Shown: positions 37,094 through 46,775, counted from the stretch's first letter. The stretch is DNA of 64,000 nucleotides from an uncultured Planctomycetales bacterium (GCA_964487475.1 CAZAPM010000006.1:21702-85701); one strand, 5' to 3'. Program-made: numbers and translations. Notes: a model not told the origin generated them from the letters alone.

Positions 37094-37954
37094 CTATACG
37101 AACTCTTTGAAGAGCGGCGCGATATCCACCGCGGAAATATCCTGTCGCACCAAAGGACCGGGCCTCAACGCGGCGACCTCGTCCTCATAGGTCGGACGCG
37201 ATTCCTGATAGAACACTCCTATGGGGATGCGGTCTTCCTGAGCCAGGGCCTTCGCCAGCGCCGCCGGCTTGTTCCCGCGGTCATACCCCGCCTCCTCCTC
37301 CAGCGTATACACCCGCTTCTGGAACCACTCATAGGTATTGACGCTGTTGAAGGTGACGCACGGCTGGAAGATATCCACCACGGCGAACCCCTTGTGCGCC
37401 AGGGCCTGCGTCATCACCGTCTTGATATGGTCGAAGGAGCCGACAAAGGTACGCGCCACGAACGTGGCTCCGCTGGCGATGGCCAGGGCCACGGGGTTGA
37501 CCGGCACTTCAATCACTCCCGAAGGAGTGGACTTGGTCACGAACCCTTTAAGGCTGGTGGGCGAGGTCTGCCCGGTGGTCAATCCGTACACCTGATTGTT
37601 GTGCACGAAGTAGGTGATGCCGATATTACGGCGGCAGGCGTGCAGGAAATGGTTCCCTCCGATGCCGTAGGCATCCCCGTCCCCCGAACACCCGATCACC
37701 GTAAGGGCGTGGTTGGCCAGCTTGATGCCGGTGGCCACCGGAAGGACTCGGCCGTGGAGCCCCTCGAACCCGTAGGTGGAGATGAAGTGCGAATCCTTGC
37801 CCGAGCATCCGATGCCCGAGACCACCACCGTCGATTCCGGCACGATATTGGATTTGGACAAAGACTGCAGCAGGCTGTTGAGCAGCCCGTAATTGCCGCA
37901 CCCCGGGCACCAGGAGGGTGTATACTTTGATTTCAACTGCTGCGGCGTCGTCAT
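37094..37954 (-). CDS. korB: 2-oxoacid:ferredoxin oxidoreductase beta subunit (TPP-binding)
   Basis: CPGCG and the TPP motif GDG ... N. Confidence 0.85.
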   Translation of the reverse strand: MTTPQQLKSKYTPSWCPGCGNYGLLNSLLQSLSKSNIVPESTVVVSGIGCSGKDSHFISTYGFEGLHGRVLPVATGIKLANHALTVIGCSGDGDAYGIGGNHFLHACRRNIGITYFVHNNQVYGLTTGQTSPTSLKGFVTKSTPSGVIEVPVNPVALAIASGATFVARTFVGSFDHIKTVMTQALAHKGFAVVDIFQPCVTFNSVNTYEWFQKRVYTLEEEAGYDRGNKPAALAKALAQEDRIPIGVFYQESRPTYEDEVAALRPGPLVRQDISAVDIAPLFKEFV

Positions 37955-39690
37955 GCGGAAAACCCCTTTTGCACTTCCTGAAATATCGCGTCGGGATAAA
38001 AAGGCTGGCCGTCGTATTTGAGGATGCGGGAGCCGAAGACATACCCCGTTTCCCTCGCGATCAGCTGCCCGAGCTGCCCGGTCTGATTGAGCTCCACCAG
38101 GATCGTCCGCGCACAGGAACGCAGCAGCGCACCTGCCTTATCCGACGGAAAAGGCCAAAGATGCGTGAAATGGAGATAATTGGCTTTGATCCCCGAGGCC
38201 GCGAGCATCTCCAGGGCTTCCAGGATAGGCCCTTTGTTCGATCCCCAGCTGACCAGGGTCACCTGCGCCTGGTCGGCGGGCACGCCCAGGAGCACGGGAG
38301 GCGGCACTTCCCGCTGCATCGCGCTCATCTTGGCGGTGCGCTTGTCGAACATCTTCTTTACCAACGCCTGGTCCTCGGCGTAATACCCGTATTCGTCATG
38401 CTCATAGCTGGTGGCCAGGTGTATCGCGCCCGCGGTGCCGGGAAACGCCCGCGGAGAGACCCCGTGCTCCGTCAGCCGGTACCGGGCATACTCCCCCTGC
38501 GGCGGCGATACGACAACCTCGCCCCGGTCGATCCCGACGGACCGGAGATCGAAGGGGTCCGCCGTCACATAACTTTCCCCCAGATACTTATCGGTCAGCA
38601 CGATCACCGGCACCTGGAAACGCTCCGCCAGATTGAACGCTTCCTGCGCCGCAAAGAACGCTTCCTGCGCGTCTCCGGAAGCAAGGATGAACCTGGGGAA
38701 CTCCCCCTGCGAAGCATGCAGGGCAAAAAGCAGGTCTCCCTGGGCGGTATGCGTCGGCTGTCCGGTGGCAGGACCGGGCCTCTGGCCGAGCACAAAAACC
38801 ACCGGGACTTCCGCCTGCGCCGCCAGGCCTAACGCTTCGGTCATCAGGCAGAACCCTCCTCCCGAAGTGCAGGTCATGGCGCGCACGCCGGCATACGCGG
38901 CGCCGATCGCCATATTCGCGGCGGCGATCTCGTCCTCCGTATGCTTGACCACCAGGTTATATTCCTTTTCCTTGGAGGCGAGGTAATGCAGGATGGGAGA
39001 TGCGGGGGTCATGGGATAGGCGCTTAAGAATTTCAGGCCCGCCTTAAGCGCGCCCGCGGAGAACGCTTCGTTACCGTTAAGGAACATACGCGGATGCGGA
39101 TCGCCGATCTCGATGGCCTCCCGGCACGGATAGGTATAGACCTGCCGCACGTAATGATACCCCTCCTCCAGCGCGGAAAGATTGAGCGCCACCGTCTCCT
39201 CTCCCTTTCGCGCGAACTGTTCCTCGATCAGTGTTTTCAGCGCATCGAGAGGATAACAAAGCAGGCCCAGCAGCGCGCCCAACGCAATGGTGTTGCGCAT
39301 CACCGGGGGGACCTTGAGCTTGGCGGTCAGCTGCTCCAGGGGAACGCCGTAATAATACACCCCGGGCCGCTTATCCGCCTCGGAAAGGGGGATCATCTCG
39401 GAATCAAAAAGCACCATGGCCCCGGGCAGGAGCTCCGTCTGGCGCTTTGCTACCGCATCCTTGGAAAGGGCCACCAGCACATCCACCCGGGCCGACTGAC
39501 AGGCGACCGGTACGGAACTGATACGCACGCTGCACCAGGCATGCTCGAGCTTGATGGAATTGGGATTGTCGGTAAGGAGGTGGACCCAGGCGCCCTGCCG
39601 GGTGAACGCGCGCGCCAGGGACAATGCCGAAACATTGATCCCCTGCCCTGCTTCCCCGGCGATCTTGATGCAAAGGTCGCGGTACGCCAT
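37951..39690 (-). CDS. korA: 2-oxoacid:ferredoxin oxidoreductase gamma-alpha fusion subunit
   Basis: N-terminal gamma domain (IAGEAGQGI) fused to an alpha domain. Start at the ATG at 39690. Confidence 0.85.
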   Translation of the reverse strand: MAYRDLCIKIAGEAGQGINVSALSLARAFTRQGAWVHLLTDNPNSIKLEHAWCSVRISSVPVACQSARVDVLVALSKDAVAKRQTELLPGAMVLFDSEMIPLSEADKRPGVYYYGVPLEQLTAKLKVPPVMRNTIALGALLGLLCYPLDALKTLIEEQFARKGEETVALNLSALEEGYHYVRQVYTYPCREAIEIGDPHPRMFLNGNEAFSAGALKAGLKFLSAYPMTPASPILHYLASKEKEYNLVVKHTEDEIAAANMAIGAAYAGVRAMTCTSGGGFCLMTEALGLAAQAEVPVVFVLGQRPGPATGQPTHTAQGDLLFALHASQGEFPRFILASGDAQEAFFAAQEAFNLAERFQVPVIVLTDKYLGESYVTADPFDLRSVGIDRGEVVVSPPQGEYARYRLTEHGVSPRAFPGTAGAIHLATSYEHDEYGYYAEDQALVKKMFDKRTAKMSAMQREVPPPVLLGVPADQAQVTLVSWGSNKGPILEALEMLAASGIKANYLHFTHLWPFPSDKAGALLRSCARTILVELNQTGQLGQLIARETGYVFGSRILKYDGQPFYPDAIFQEVQKGFSA

Positions 39691-39706
39691 AAAGGATTTG
39701 CGGAAA

Positions 39707-40897
39707 CTACGCGCGAAGCTGCTGCGCGAACTTCTGACCCCAGGCATAGCACTGCGCAAGCTGCGCCTGGTCCGGAACGTACTGAACGCTCATCGACTCC
39801 TGAGGCAGAGCGACACCGGTCTCGGCAAGCAATTTCTCGATCTCCTTGACCGCGCCTCCGGCCCACCCATAGGAGCCGAACACCCCGGCGAGACGGCCCT
39901 TAGGCTTCAAGCCTTTGAAATACTCCAGGAAACCGGCGATGATGATAAGCATATCGTTATCATGGGTGGAAGAACCGAAGACGAACCCCTTGGCATCCAG
40001 CATCTCGGTGATGATCTCGGTGGAATTGGATACCGCGATATCGTAGAGCTGCACGCGTACCCCCGCATCGGCGATGCCCTGAGCGATTGCCCTGGCCATC
40101 ATGGCGGTCGAGCCCCACATGGTCTCGTAGACCACTACCGCCTTAGGGACCGTGGTATTGCCCGCCCAGCGCACGTATGCTTCGACGATCCCCGCCGGGT
40201 CCTTGCGCCAGATCACCCCGTGCGAAGGCGCGATCATATCGATGGGAAGCGCCATTTTCTGGAGGTCCTGCAGTTTCTTCAGGATTATGCCGCTCAAGGG
40301 CCAGAGGATATTGGCGTAATATTTCTTCGCCTCGTCCATCAGCACCGCCTGATCGACCTCGTCATCGAAACGCTCGGCCGTGGCCAGATGCTGTCCGAAG
40401 GCGTCATTGGGGAAGAGCACCTTTTCTTCGGGGCAATAGGTGAACATGGAATCCGGCCAGTGGATCATGGGCGCTTCGATGAAGGAAAGGGTACGAGAAC
40501 CTAAGGAGACCGTATCCCCGGTCTTGACCACCCGGAAATCGAACTTCCGGTGATAGACCTTCTCCAGCCCTTCCTGGCATTTCGCCGTACCCAGGAATTT
40601 CGCCCGGGGACAGAGCTCTGCCAGCTGGGGCAAACCCCCGGAATGGTCCGTTTCCACATGGTTGGCCACGATATAATCGATGCGCTCCAAAGGCACGATC
40701 TCCCTGATCCGATCGAGATGCTCTTTGACGAAAGGCCCGAAGACGCTGTCGATAAGCGCGATCTTCTCATCCACCACCAGATAGGAATTATACGTCGATC
40801 CCCGGCGGGTGGTATACGTGTTGCCGTGAAAGGTGCGAATATTCCAGTCCACCACTCCGACCCAGTATATGCCTTTTTTGATCTCTACCGGCTTCAT
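39707..40897 (-). CDS. fprA: Flavodiiron protein (rubredoxin:oxygen/NO oxidoreductase)
   Basis: Metallo-beta-lactamase diiron site (HVETDHSGG) followed by a flavodoxin domain. Confidence 0.85.
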   Translation of the reverse strand: MKPVEIKKGIYWVGVVDWNIRTFHGNTYTTRRGSTYNSYLVVDEKIALIDSVFGPFVKEHLDRIREIVPLERIDYIVANHVETDHSGGLPQLAELCPRAKFLGTAKCQEGLEKVYHRKFDFRVVKTGDTVSLGSRTLSFIEAPMIHWPDSMFTYCPEEKVLFPNDAFGQHLATAERFDDEVDQAVLMDEAKKYYANILWPLSGIILKKLQDLQKMALPIDMIAPSHGVIWRKDPAGIVEAYVRWAGNTTVPKAVVVYETMWGSTAMMARAIAQGIADAGVRVQLYDIAVSNSTEIITEMLDAKGFVFGSSTHDNDMLIIIAGFLEYFKGLKPKGRLAGVFGSYGWAGGAVKEIEKLLAETGVALPQESMSVQYVPDQAQLAQCYAWGQKFAQQLRA

Positions 40898-40919
40898 ACC
40901 TTCCCCCTTGCGCCCGAAA

Positions 40920-41771
40920 CTACTGCGCCAACCCGTCGATGATGCTCGCCATGATGAAATCGTTCATGCTCAGCCCCTTGGCCGCATGCGTCGTCAGGGT
41001 GACCTTGACCTTGTTCCAGGAGATCGTCAGCGTGGGATGATGCCCCTGTTCCTGCGCCGCCAGGGCGATCATATCCAGCAGGACCTTCGCGTCCGCGAAA
41101 TCGGAGCGGACGAACTCTTTGACCAGCTTTTTGCCTTCGACCAGCTCCCATCCCGGAGCGGCGGCTGCCAGCTCCCCGGCCTTCTGCGGGTCCAGCGCCT
41201 GAGCCGGGCCTTCGCACGCCACGCATTTGAGCACGGCTTCACGGTTGGAGGCTTTCCCCGGATCAGCCTGCACCTTCTGCAGGAACTCCAGCGCGGCATC
41301 ATAATCGGGCGCGTGAGTCACTTCCTCCACCACCTGCAGGTAACGGACGATATCCGCCCGGTCCACGATAAGCACTGCCCGGGCGAGAAGCCCCAGCTCC
41401 CGGATCAGCAGCCCGTAGTGCAACCCGAAGGAACGCGTGGCATAATCGGAGACCACCGTCACGGCACGGATGTCATGCTCGGAGCAGAAACGCTTCTGGG
41501 CGAAAGGCAGGTCCATGCTGATACCCACGATCGCCACATCCTGCCCCAGGGACGCCGCGCGCCTGTTGAACTCCTTGACCTGCAGGTCGCACACCGGCGT
41601 ATCCAGGGAAGGAAACGTGGTAAGCACCTTGATCTTTCCGGAGAAAGAATCCAAAGTCACGGAGGAAAGGTCCTGCGCGGTCACGGTGAAACGCGGCGCC
41701 AGCCCCCCCACCCGCACCTTGTGCCCGGCCAGGGTCAAGGGCGATCCCTTGAACGTAACGGTCTCGGCCAT
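40920..41771 (-). CDS. tpx: Thiol peroxidase (Tpx) fused to a pterin-4a-carbinolamine dehydratase (PCD/DCoH)-like domain
   Basis: N-terminal Tpx (TFPSLDTPVCDLQ ... peroxidatic Cys; resolving Cys). C-terminal about 100 aa is PCD-like (EGHHPTLTISWNKVKVTLTTHAAKGLSMNDFIMASIID). Confidence 0.7.
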   Translation of the reverse strand: MAETVTFKGSPLTLAGHKVRVGGLAPRFTVTAQDLSSVTLDSFSGKIKVLTTFPSLDTPVCDLQVKEFNRRAASLGQDVAIVGISMDLPFAQKRFCSEHDIRAVTVVSDYATRSFGLHYGLLIRELGLLARAVLIVDRADIVRYLQVVEEVTHAPDYDAALEFLQKVQADPGKASNREAVLKCVACEGPAQALDPQKAGELAAAAPGWELVEGKKLVKEFVRSDFADAKVLLDMIALAAQEQGHHPTLTISWNKVKVTLTTHAAKGLSMNDFIMASIIDGLAQ

Positions 41772-41781
41772 GCCGGCCTCC

Positions 41782-42273
41782 TTAGGCTCCCCTTCTGGCT
41801 AACTCGCGGTCCAGCATGATCAATGCCGGGCCTTCGGCTTTGAACATCTTCATGGTATCGATCACGTAGGTCGCGTTCTTCTCCTCTTCGACCTGCTCGG
41901 TGATGAACCACTGCAGGAACACCTGGGATGCGGTGTCCTTCGTCTCCAGCGCCAGCTTATAGAGGTCGTTGATCCACGCGGTCACTTTGCGTTCGTGCCC
42001 GAGGGCGGCCTGAAACACCGCCAGCGGAGAGGCGAATTCCGCCTCCGGCTCTCCCAAGGCCTGCAAATTCACCCTCACCCCGCGGTCGACGAGGAATTCG
42101 AACATCTTCATGGCATGGCCCTGCTCTTCCTTGGTCTGCACCTTCATCCAGTGGGCGAATCCCGGAAGGTTCACGGACTCGAAATACGCCGCCATGGAAA
42201 GGTAAAGATACGCCGAATAAAGCTCGTTCTTGATCTGGTCATTGAATGCCTTCTGAAGTTTCTTATCCATCAT
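41782..42273 (-). CDS. ftn: Ferritin (non-haem)
   Basis: ELYSAYLY ... EEQGHAMKMFEF ferroxidase residues. Start at the internal MMDKK. Confidence 0.85.
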   Translation of the reverse strand: MMDKKLQKAFNDQIKNELYSAYLYLSMAAYFESVNLPGFAHWMKVQTKEEQGHAMKMFEFLVDRGVRVNLQALGEPEAEFASPLAVFQAALGHERKVTAWINDLYKLALETKDTASQVFLQWFITEQVEEEKNATYVIDTMKMFKAEGPALIMLDRELARRGA

Positions 42274-42299
42274 GATCTCCTTGTTATGCGTATCGCGTA

Positions 42300-42695
42300 T
42301 TATTCGACTGAAACCTGCTTGCTGCTTTCCCAAAGGCCGTGGATATTGCAGTAGGACACGGCGATAAGCGTACCGGGCTTTTCGGTCTTGAAGGAGCAGA
42401 CCGCTGCCGGCACGGTGTATACGGTGCTGGTATTCGGCCCCTGCGCGGAAGCCCCGTGCGCGGCAAACTCATACCGCCCCAGCTGATAGGAGAATTTCTC
42501 ACCCTGGGGAAGGAAATAAAGGCTCGCCCAGGCGATGTGATGTTCCGTGGTATTGGGATGCGCGATCTCCCTGCCCACCGATACGGACACCTGGAGCGCT
42601 TCCCCTTTTTTGACCTTATCCGGAGCTTCTATGACCGGAACGTGCTTCTCGGTCTTCCAATCCGCGGACTGAACGATATCCTTTGCCGATGCCAT
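42300..42695 (-). CDS. sor: Superoxide reductase (desulfoferrodoxin/neelaredoxin family)
   Basis: KHVPVIE ... HPNTTEHHIAW ... C and H ligands for centre II. Confidence 0.8.
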   Translation of the reverse strand: MASAKDIVQSADWKTEKHVPVIEAPDKVKKGEALQVSVSVGREIAHPNTTEHHIAWASLYFLPQGEKFSYQLGRYEFAAHGASAQGPNTSTVYTVPAAVCSFKTEKPGTLIAVSYCNIHGLWESSKQVSVE

Positions 42696-42754
42696 AATGC
42701 CCTCCTTGAGTATCTTTTAAGTATACTGCGGAAGCGAATGCAAGTAAACCACTT

Positions 42755-43360
42755 TCACTCCAGCTTATCGCCGACCTTACCCACCAGGTCCTTGCCCGGA
42801 GTAAGGGTCTTATTCCCGGATTTCCACTTTGCCGGACACACCTGCGCAGGGTTGCCGCGCACATATTTGAACGCCTTGAGCTTGCGCATCAGCTCCTCCG
42901 CGTTGCGGCCGACAGGGAAATAATTGACCTCGGAGGCCATGAGGGTCCCGTCCGGATCGATCAGGAAGGTGCCCCGCAGCGCCAGGCCGCTGGCCTCATC
43001 ATACACCCCGAACGCCTTGGAAAGACTGTGCGTCGGGTCCGCCGCCATGGGGAAGGCGATGTGCGAAAGCATCTTTTCCGACCCGTGCCAGGCGTAATGC
43101 ACATAGTGCGTATCCGTGCTTACCGATACCAGCTCGGCGCCTTCCTTGACGATCTCCTCATACTTTTCCCCCACGTCCGCGAGTTCCGTCGGACAGACAA
43201 AGGTATAATCCGCAGGGTAGAAGAACAGCACCAGCCATCTGCCCTTTCCCGTGATCTCGGATACCTTCAACGACCCGAAATCCTTCTTCGCGGGCAGATA
43301 CACGTTCATCGCGAAATCAGGGACCTTATCCCCTATCTTCAACACGCAACTCTCATCCAT
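42755..43360 (-). CDS. ahpC: Peroxiredoxin (2-Cys AhpC/Prx1)
   Basis: FYPADYTFVCPTEL peroxidatic Cys and C-terminal resolving VCPAKW. Start at the ATG at 43360 behind an AAGGAGAGGG RBS. Confidence 0.85.
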   Translation of the reverse strand: MDESCVLKIGDKVPDFAMNVYLPAKKDFGSLKVSEITGKGRWLVLFFYPADYTFVCPTELADVGEKYEEIVKEGAELVSVSTDTHYVHYAWHGSEKMLSHIAFPMAADPTHSLSKAFGVYDEASGLALRGTFLIDPDGTLMASEVNYFPVGRNAEELMRKLKAFKYVRGNPAQVCPAKWKSGNKTLTPGKDLVGKVGDKLE

Positions 43361-43757
43361 GACCCTCTCCTTTTTTTGGGGCAGCGCATGCATGGCAGCG
43401 CCCGTACAGATCCACTCTCTGATAGGCGACCGAAAACTTGAACTTCCGGCGCGCCAGCTTGGCGAACTCCCCGCAGTGCGGCTCCTCGATATCCAGCACC
43501 CGCCCGCAGGAAAGGCACACCAGGTGGGAATGGTCCTGCACCGTGGCATCATACCGGCTGGGTTTCTTCCCGAACCCCAGCTCCACGATACTGCCCTCCT
43601 CCTGCAGCAGGCGGAGATTCCGGTAGATGGTCCCGAAGCTTACCGCGGGAATACGCTTGCGCACCATCCGGTAGAGGGTTTCCGCCGTAGGGTGCGTCTT
43701 GACCTTACGAAGCTCCTCCAGGATCATGCTGCGCTGCCGGCTCACCCTGCGTTGCAT
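43353..43757 (-). CDS. perR: Fur-family peroxide-responsive regulator (PerR-like)
   Basis: Fur fold with HxH, CxxC ... CxxC. Its end overlaps the ahpC start by 8 bp. Confidence 0.8.
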   Translation of the reverse strand: MQRRVSRQRSMILEELRKVKTHPTAETLYRMVRKRIPAVSFGTIYRNLRLLQEEGSIVELGFGKKPSRYDATVQDHSHLVCLSCGRVLDIEEPHCGEFAKLARRKFKFSVAYQRVDLYGRCHACAAPKKGEGHG

Positions 43758-43769
43758 CCGCCCTCCTCC

Positions 43770-43830
43770 TATTAACAGTAATGATTCTTATTATCAATAT
43801 ACTATACGAAAAAGGCCCCGGAGTCAATGA
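43770..43830 (-). promoter_or_regulatory. perR-ahpC promoter region with AT-rich Fur/PerR-box-like element
   Basis: Minus-strand TTGACT ... TATAGT, then ATTGATAATAAGAATCATTA before the GGAGGAGGG RBS. The operator assignment is tentative. Confidence 0.3.
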
Positions 43831-43846
43831 TTATTTTCCGGAGCCG

Positions 43847-44563
43847 TCAATACCCGACGAAATTCTCCGTTTTTACCGCCTGCGGATCGCAGCCTAAGGA
43901 GACGCACAGCGACTGCATCGCCTGCACCATGCGCGGAGGGCCGTAGATGAAGAAGGTCCGCTGCGCGATATCGCAGATATACCGCCTGACCGCCTGCTCG
44001 TCGATGACCCCGAAGACGCAGACATTATCCTTCGGCGGGCACTCGGAAACCAGATAAGACACGCGCATCCGCGGATTTCCCGCGGCCCATCCGTCGAGCT
44101 CCCTGCGGAAGGCGATATCCTCGTCGGTACGGTTGGAGTAGAGCAGGCAGATATCCGTGGGCAATCCCCGGGAGGCCACGTGCTCGACGATCGAGATCAC
44201 CGGCGTGATGCCGATCCCTCCGATGAGGAATCCGATCTTGCGCATCCCCTCTTCGAACACGCAGGTGCCCAGGGGCGCCTTGACCGAAAGCTCGTCCCCC
44301 GGCGAAAGCGCCTGCAGCTGCCGGGAAAAATCGCTCTGGCTCAAACGTTTGGTGAATTCGATGTAGCCCTTGCCCGGGGCGCAGGAAAAGGAAAGATATT
44401 TGTTCAAGAGCTTGTCCCCCGGGACGGCGGGATTGAACATCACCTGCAAGAACTGCCCGGGCAGGAAATCTATCTTTTCTTTGGAGACCGGCTCGCAGCG
44501 GAAGCTCTCCACTCCCGGCGCACGCACGATCCTCTCCCGCAGCCGCACCCGGTGCTCCTTCAT
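43847..44563 (-). CDS. FAD/NAD(P)-binding ferredoxin-reductase-like oxidoreductase
   Basis: FNR-like fold with RxYS FAD motif and GGIGITP NAD motif. Confidence 0.65.
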   Translation of the reverse strand: MKEHRVRLRERIVRAPGVESFRCEPVSKEKIDFLPGQFLQVMFNPAVPGDKLLNKYLSFSCAPGKGYIEFTKRLSQSDFSRQLQALSPGDELSVKAPLGTCVFEEGMRKIGFLIGGIGITPVISIVEHVASRGLPTDICLLYSNRTDEDIAFRRELDGWAAGNPRMRVSYLVSECPPKDNVCVFGVIDEQAVRRYICDIAQRTFFIYGPPRMVQAMQSLCVSLGCDPQAVKTENFVGY

Positions 44564-45501
44564 ATCCCGGCCTCCTGTATGACCACGCGCAGCTTCTGCG
44601 CGGAAACCTTGAACAGCTCCTGCTCGTGGTCATCCAGCGCCAGCGGCAGCACCTCCCGCACTCCCCGGCGGCCCACCACCGCCGGAATGCTCATGTAAAG
44701 CCCCTCGGCTCCGTACATCCCCTGCACCAGGCTGGAAACCGGGAGGATGGAATGCTCGTCCTTGACCAGCGCTTCGGTGATGCGCACCAGCGCCAGGCCG
44801 ATCCCATAGGAAGTCTCCCCCTTGCGCTCGATGACCTTGTACGCGAAATCCCGCACGTCCTCGAAGATCTCCTGGAGCTTGCTGCCGTGATCGCAGCGCC
44901 GGCACGACTTCCCGTACTCGTCCAGCGGGGTCGTCCCCAGCATGGCCTTGCTCCACACCGGGAATTCGCTGTCGCCGTGCTCACCCAGGATATAGGCGTG
45001 GATGTTGCGGGAATCCAGCCCGCAATGTTCGGAGAGCAGGTAACGCAGCCGGGCGCTGTCCAGCACCGTCCCGGATCCCAACACCTCCTGCCAGGGCTTT
45101 CCCGATATCCTGAACGCCGCATAGGAGAGAACGTCCACGGGATTGCTTACCACCAGCTGAATCGCTTCGGGCGCATGCCGCATGATGCGGGGAATGATCT
45201 CCTTGAACAACGCCACGTTATCCCGCACCAGGTCGAGCCTGGTCTGTCCGGGTTTTTGCCTGCGGCCCGCCGTGATCACCACCACATCGCTTCCCGCGAT
45301 ATCGGCATAATCTCCCGCCATGATCCTGACCGGGGACACATACGGCATACCGCTTCCCAAGTCGAGGACCTCCCCTTCGGTACGGTTGCGGTCCACATCC
45401 ACCAGCACGATCTCGCGGGCCAGGCCGCTGATCATCAATCCGTAGGCATACCGCACTCCCACGTTGCCCGCCCCGATAACGCTAATTTTTGGAGTATTCA
45501 T
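44560..45501 (-). CDS. ldh: L-lactate/malate dehydrogenase family
   Basis: GAGNVG Rossmann motif and catalytic GEHGDS. Start at the internal ATG (MNTPKISVIG). Confidence 0.85.
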   Translation of the reverse strand: MNTPKISVIGAGNVGVRYAYGLMISGLAREIVLVDVDRNRTEGEVLDLGSGMPYVSPVRIMAGDYADIAGSDVVVITAGRRQKPGQTRLDLVRDNVALFKEIIPRIMRHAPEAIQLVVSNPVDVLSYAAFRISGKPWQEVLGSGTVLDSARLRYLLSEHCGLDSRNIHAYILGEHGDSEFPVWSKAMLGTTPLDEYGKSCRRCDHGSKLQEIFEDVRDFAYKVIERKGETSYGIGLALVRITEALVKDEHSILPVSSLVQGMYGAEGLYMSIPAVVGRRGVREVLPLALDDHEQELFKVSAQKLRVVIQEAGI

Positions 45502-46726
45502 CTTTCCCCTCCTTGCGCAGCAGCATCGCCGCCATCGCCTCCGCTGCCGCCTCATGCGCCCGGGCGTCGTAATGGTTATCCCACTGCGACGTCCTGAAGC
45601 GCGTCCCGTCCTTAAGCGTAGCCTTGAACGCCGGATACAGGTCCCACACTTCGAATCCCCTATCATTCGCCAGTGCCGCCAGCCGCGCGTGCACTTCGGC
45701 GAAATAATACTCCGTATAATCCTCCGTCACCGGCAGTATGACGAAGACGGGCGGCGCATCCGATAGCCTCCGGGAAAGGGCCGCACACTCGTCCAGGGCA
45801 TTTCCCAGCTGCTTCCAGCGCAGCGCGTAAGTGCGCTCCCGGGGGTCATACTGCGCAAAGAGCTGCCGGTGGTACTGCCCGACGTCCTGCATGCGCCCCC
45901 GGGCCAGCGCGTCGCTTACCAGTCCCAGCAAAGGAGATGTCCTTGAACGCAAAGCCCCGAACCCTGCCTTGAATCTCTCCTGCACCCCCCCGGCCGGGAT
46001 CATGTCATTATGATAATACGCCAGTATCACCCGCCCTGCCCGCGCGCCCCGAGGGACCCGGCGAAGGATCCGCGCATACCCTCCGACATTCTCGCCCGCC
46101 AGCCCCAGGCTGAACACCCTGCCCGTTTTTTGGGCAGCGCGCAGTTTCTCCTCGAGCTTATCCCCCATCCGCTGCGAAACCTCAACCCCCACGCCCCAGA
46201 CAAAAGAATCACCGATGAGCAGGATATCCCGCGGGCCTGCGGTGCGCAGGTCGTAGCCCACCCGCAACTGCGCTCCGAGAGGCCCCTCGCTGGCAGGACG
46301 CGTCATCTGCCATATCCCCAGTCCGGCATCCGCGGCCGATGCCGCGATGAAACACGTTCCCAGCGCCAGCAACCAGGCCTTTGACGCGGCCAGGCGGAAA
46401 GCCCCCCATACCAGCCCCGCGCCGCAAAGGAACCGCACCCCGATCAGCGCTGCGGGCATACCCCAGGCGTCCTGCACCGCATTACTGCCGATCACCGCCA
46501 GTGACGCGAACCCGAAATACGCCACCACGGCACAAAGCCACGATTCCCGTCTCGTGCGCCACGCCCACACCCCAGCCGCATATCCGAGTACGTGCGCGAG
46601 GATCATCCCCGCCGCCTCCCAGGAGTAACGGCCGAAGACGACTCCCACCGAAGACCGGCCCAGGGCCTGGACTACGGCCGGATACAGATACAGGGCCATC
46701 ACCGCCAATGCCAGCGCACGCAACAT
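45482..46726 (-). CDS. Membrane-anchored SGNH/GDSL-like hydrolase family protein
   Basis: N-terminal TM helices and LLIGDSFVWG. Confidence 0.45.
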   Translation of the reverse strand: MLRALALAVMALYLYPAVVQALGRSSVGVVFGRYSWEAAGMILAHVLGYAAGVWAWRTRRESWLCAVVAYFGFASLAVIGSNAVQDAWGMPAALIGVRFLCGAGLVWGAFRLAASKAWLLALGTCFIAASAADAGLGIWQMTRPASEGPLGAQLRVGYDLRTAGPRDILLIGDSFVWGVGVEVSQRMGDKLEEKLRAAQKTGRVFSLGLAGENVGGYARILRRVPRGARAGRVILAYYHNDMIPAGGVQERFKAGFGALRSRTSPLLGLVSDALARGRMQDVGQYHRQLFAQYDPRERTYALRWKQLGNALDECAALSRRLSDAPPVFVILPVTEDYTEYYFAEVHARLAALANDRGFEVWDLYPAFKATLKDGTRFRTSQWDNHYDARAHEAAAEAMAAMLLRKEGKDEYSKN

Positions 46727-46736
46727 TCCCGCTCCC

Positions 46737-46775
46737 CTAAAAAAACACCGGATGCCGCATGAGCGGCACCCGGCG
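46737..46775 (-). terminator. Rho-independent terminator after hcp
   Basis: Minus-strand CCGGGTGCCGCTCATGCGGCATCCGG followed by TGTTTTTTT. Confidence 0.55.

Noticed and set aside
43760-43830. Perfect PerR/Fur box
   Set aside because: The AT-rich element is present but not a clean 7-1-7 palindrome. It is kept only as a low-confidence regulatory region.
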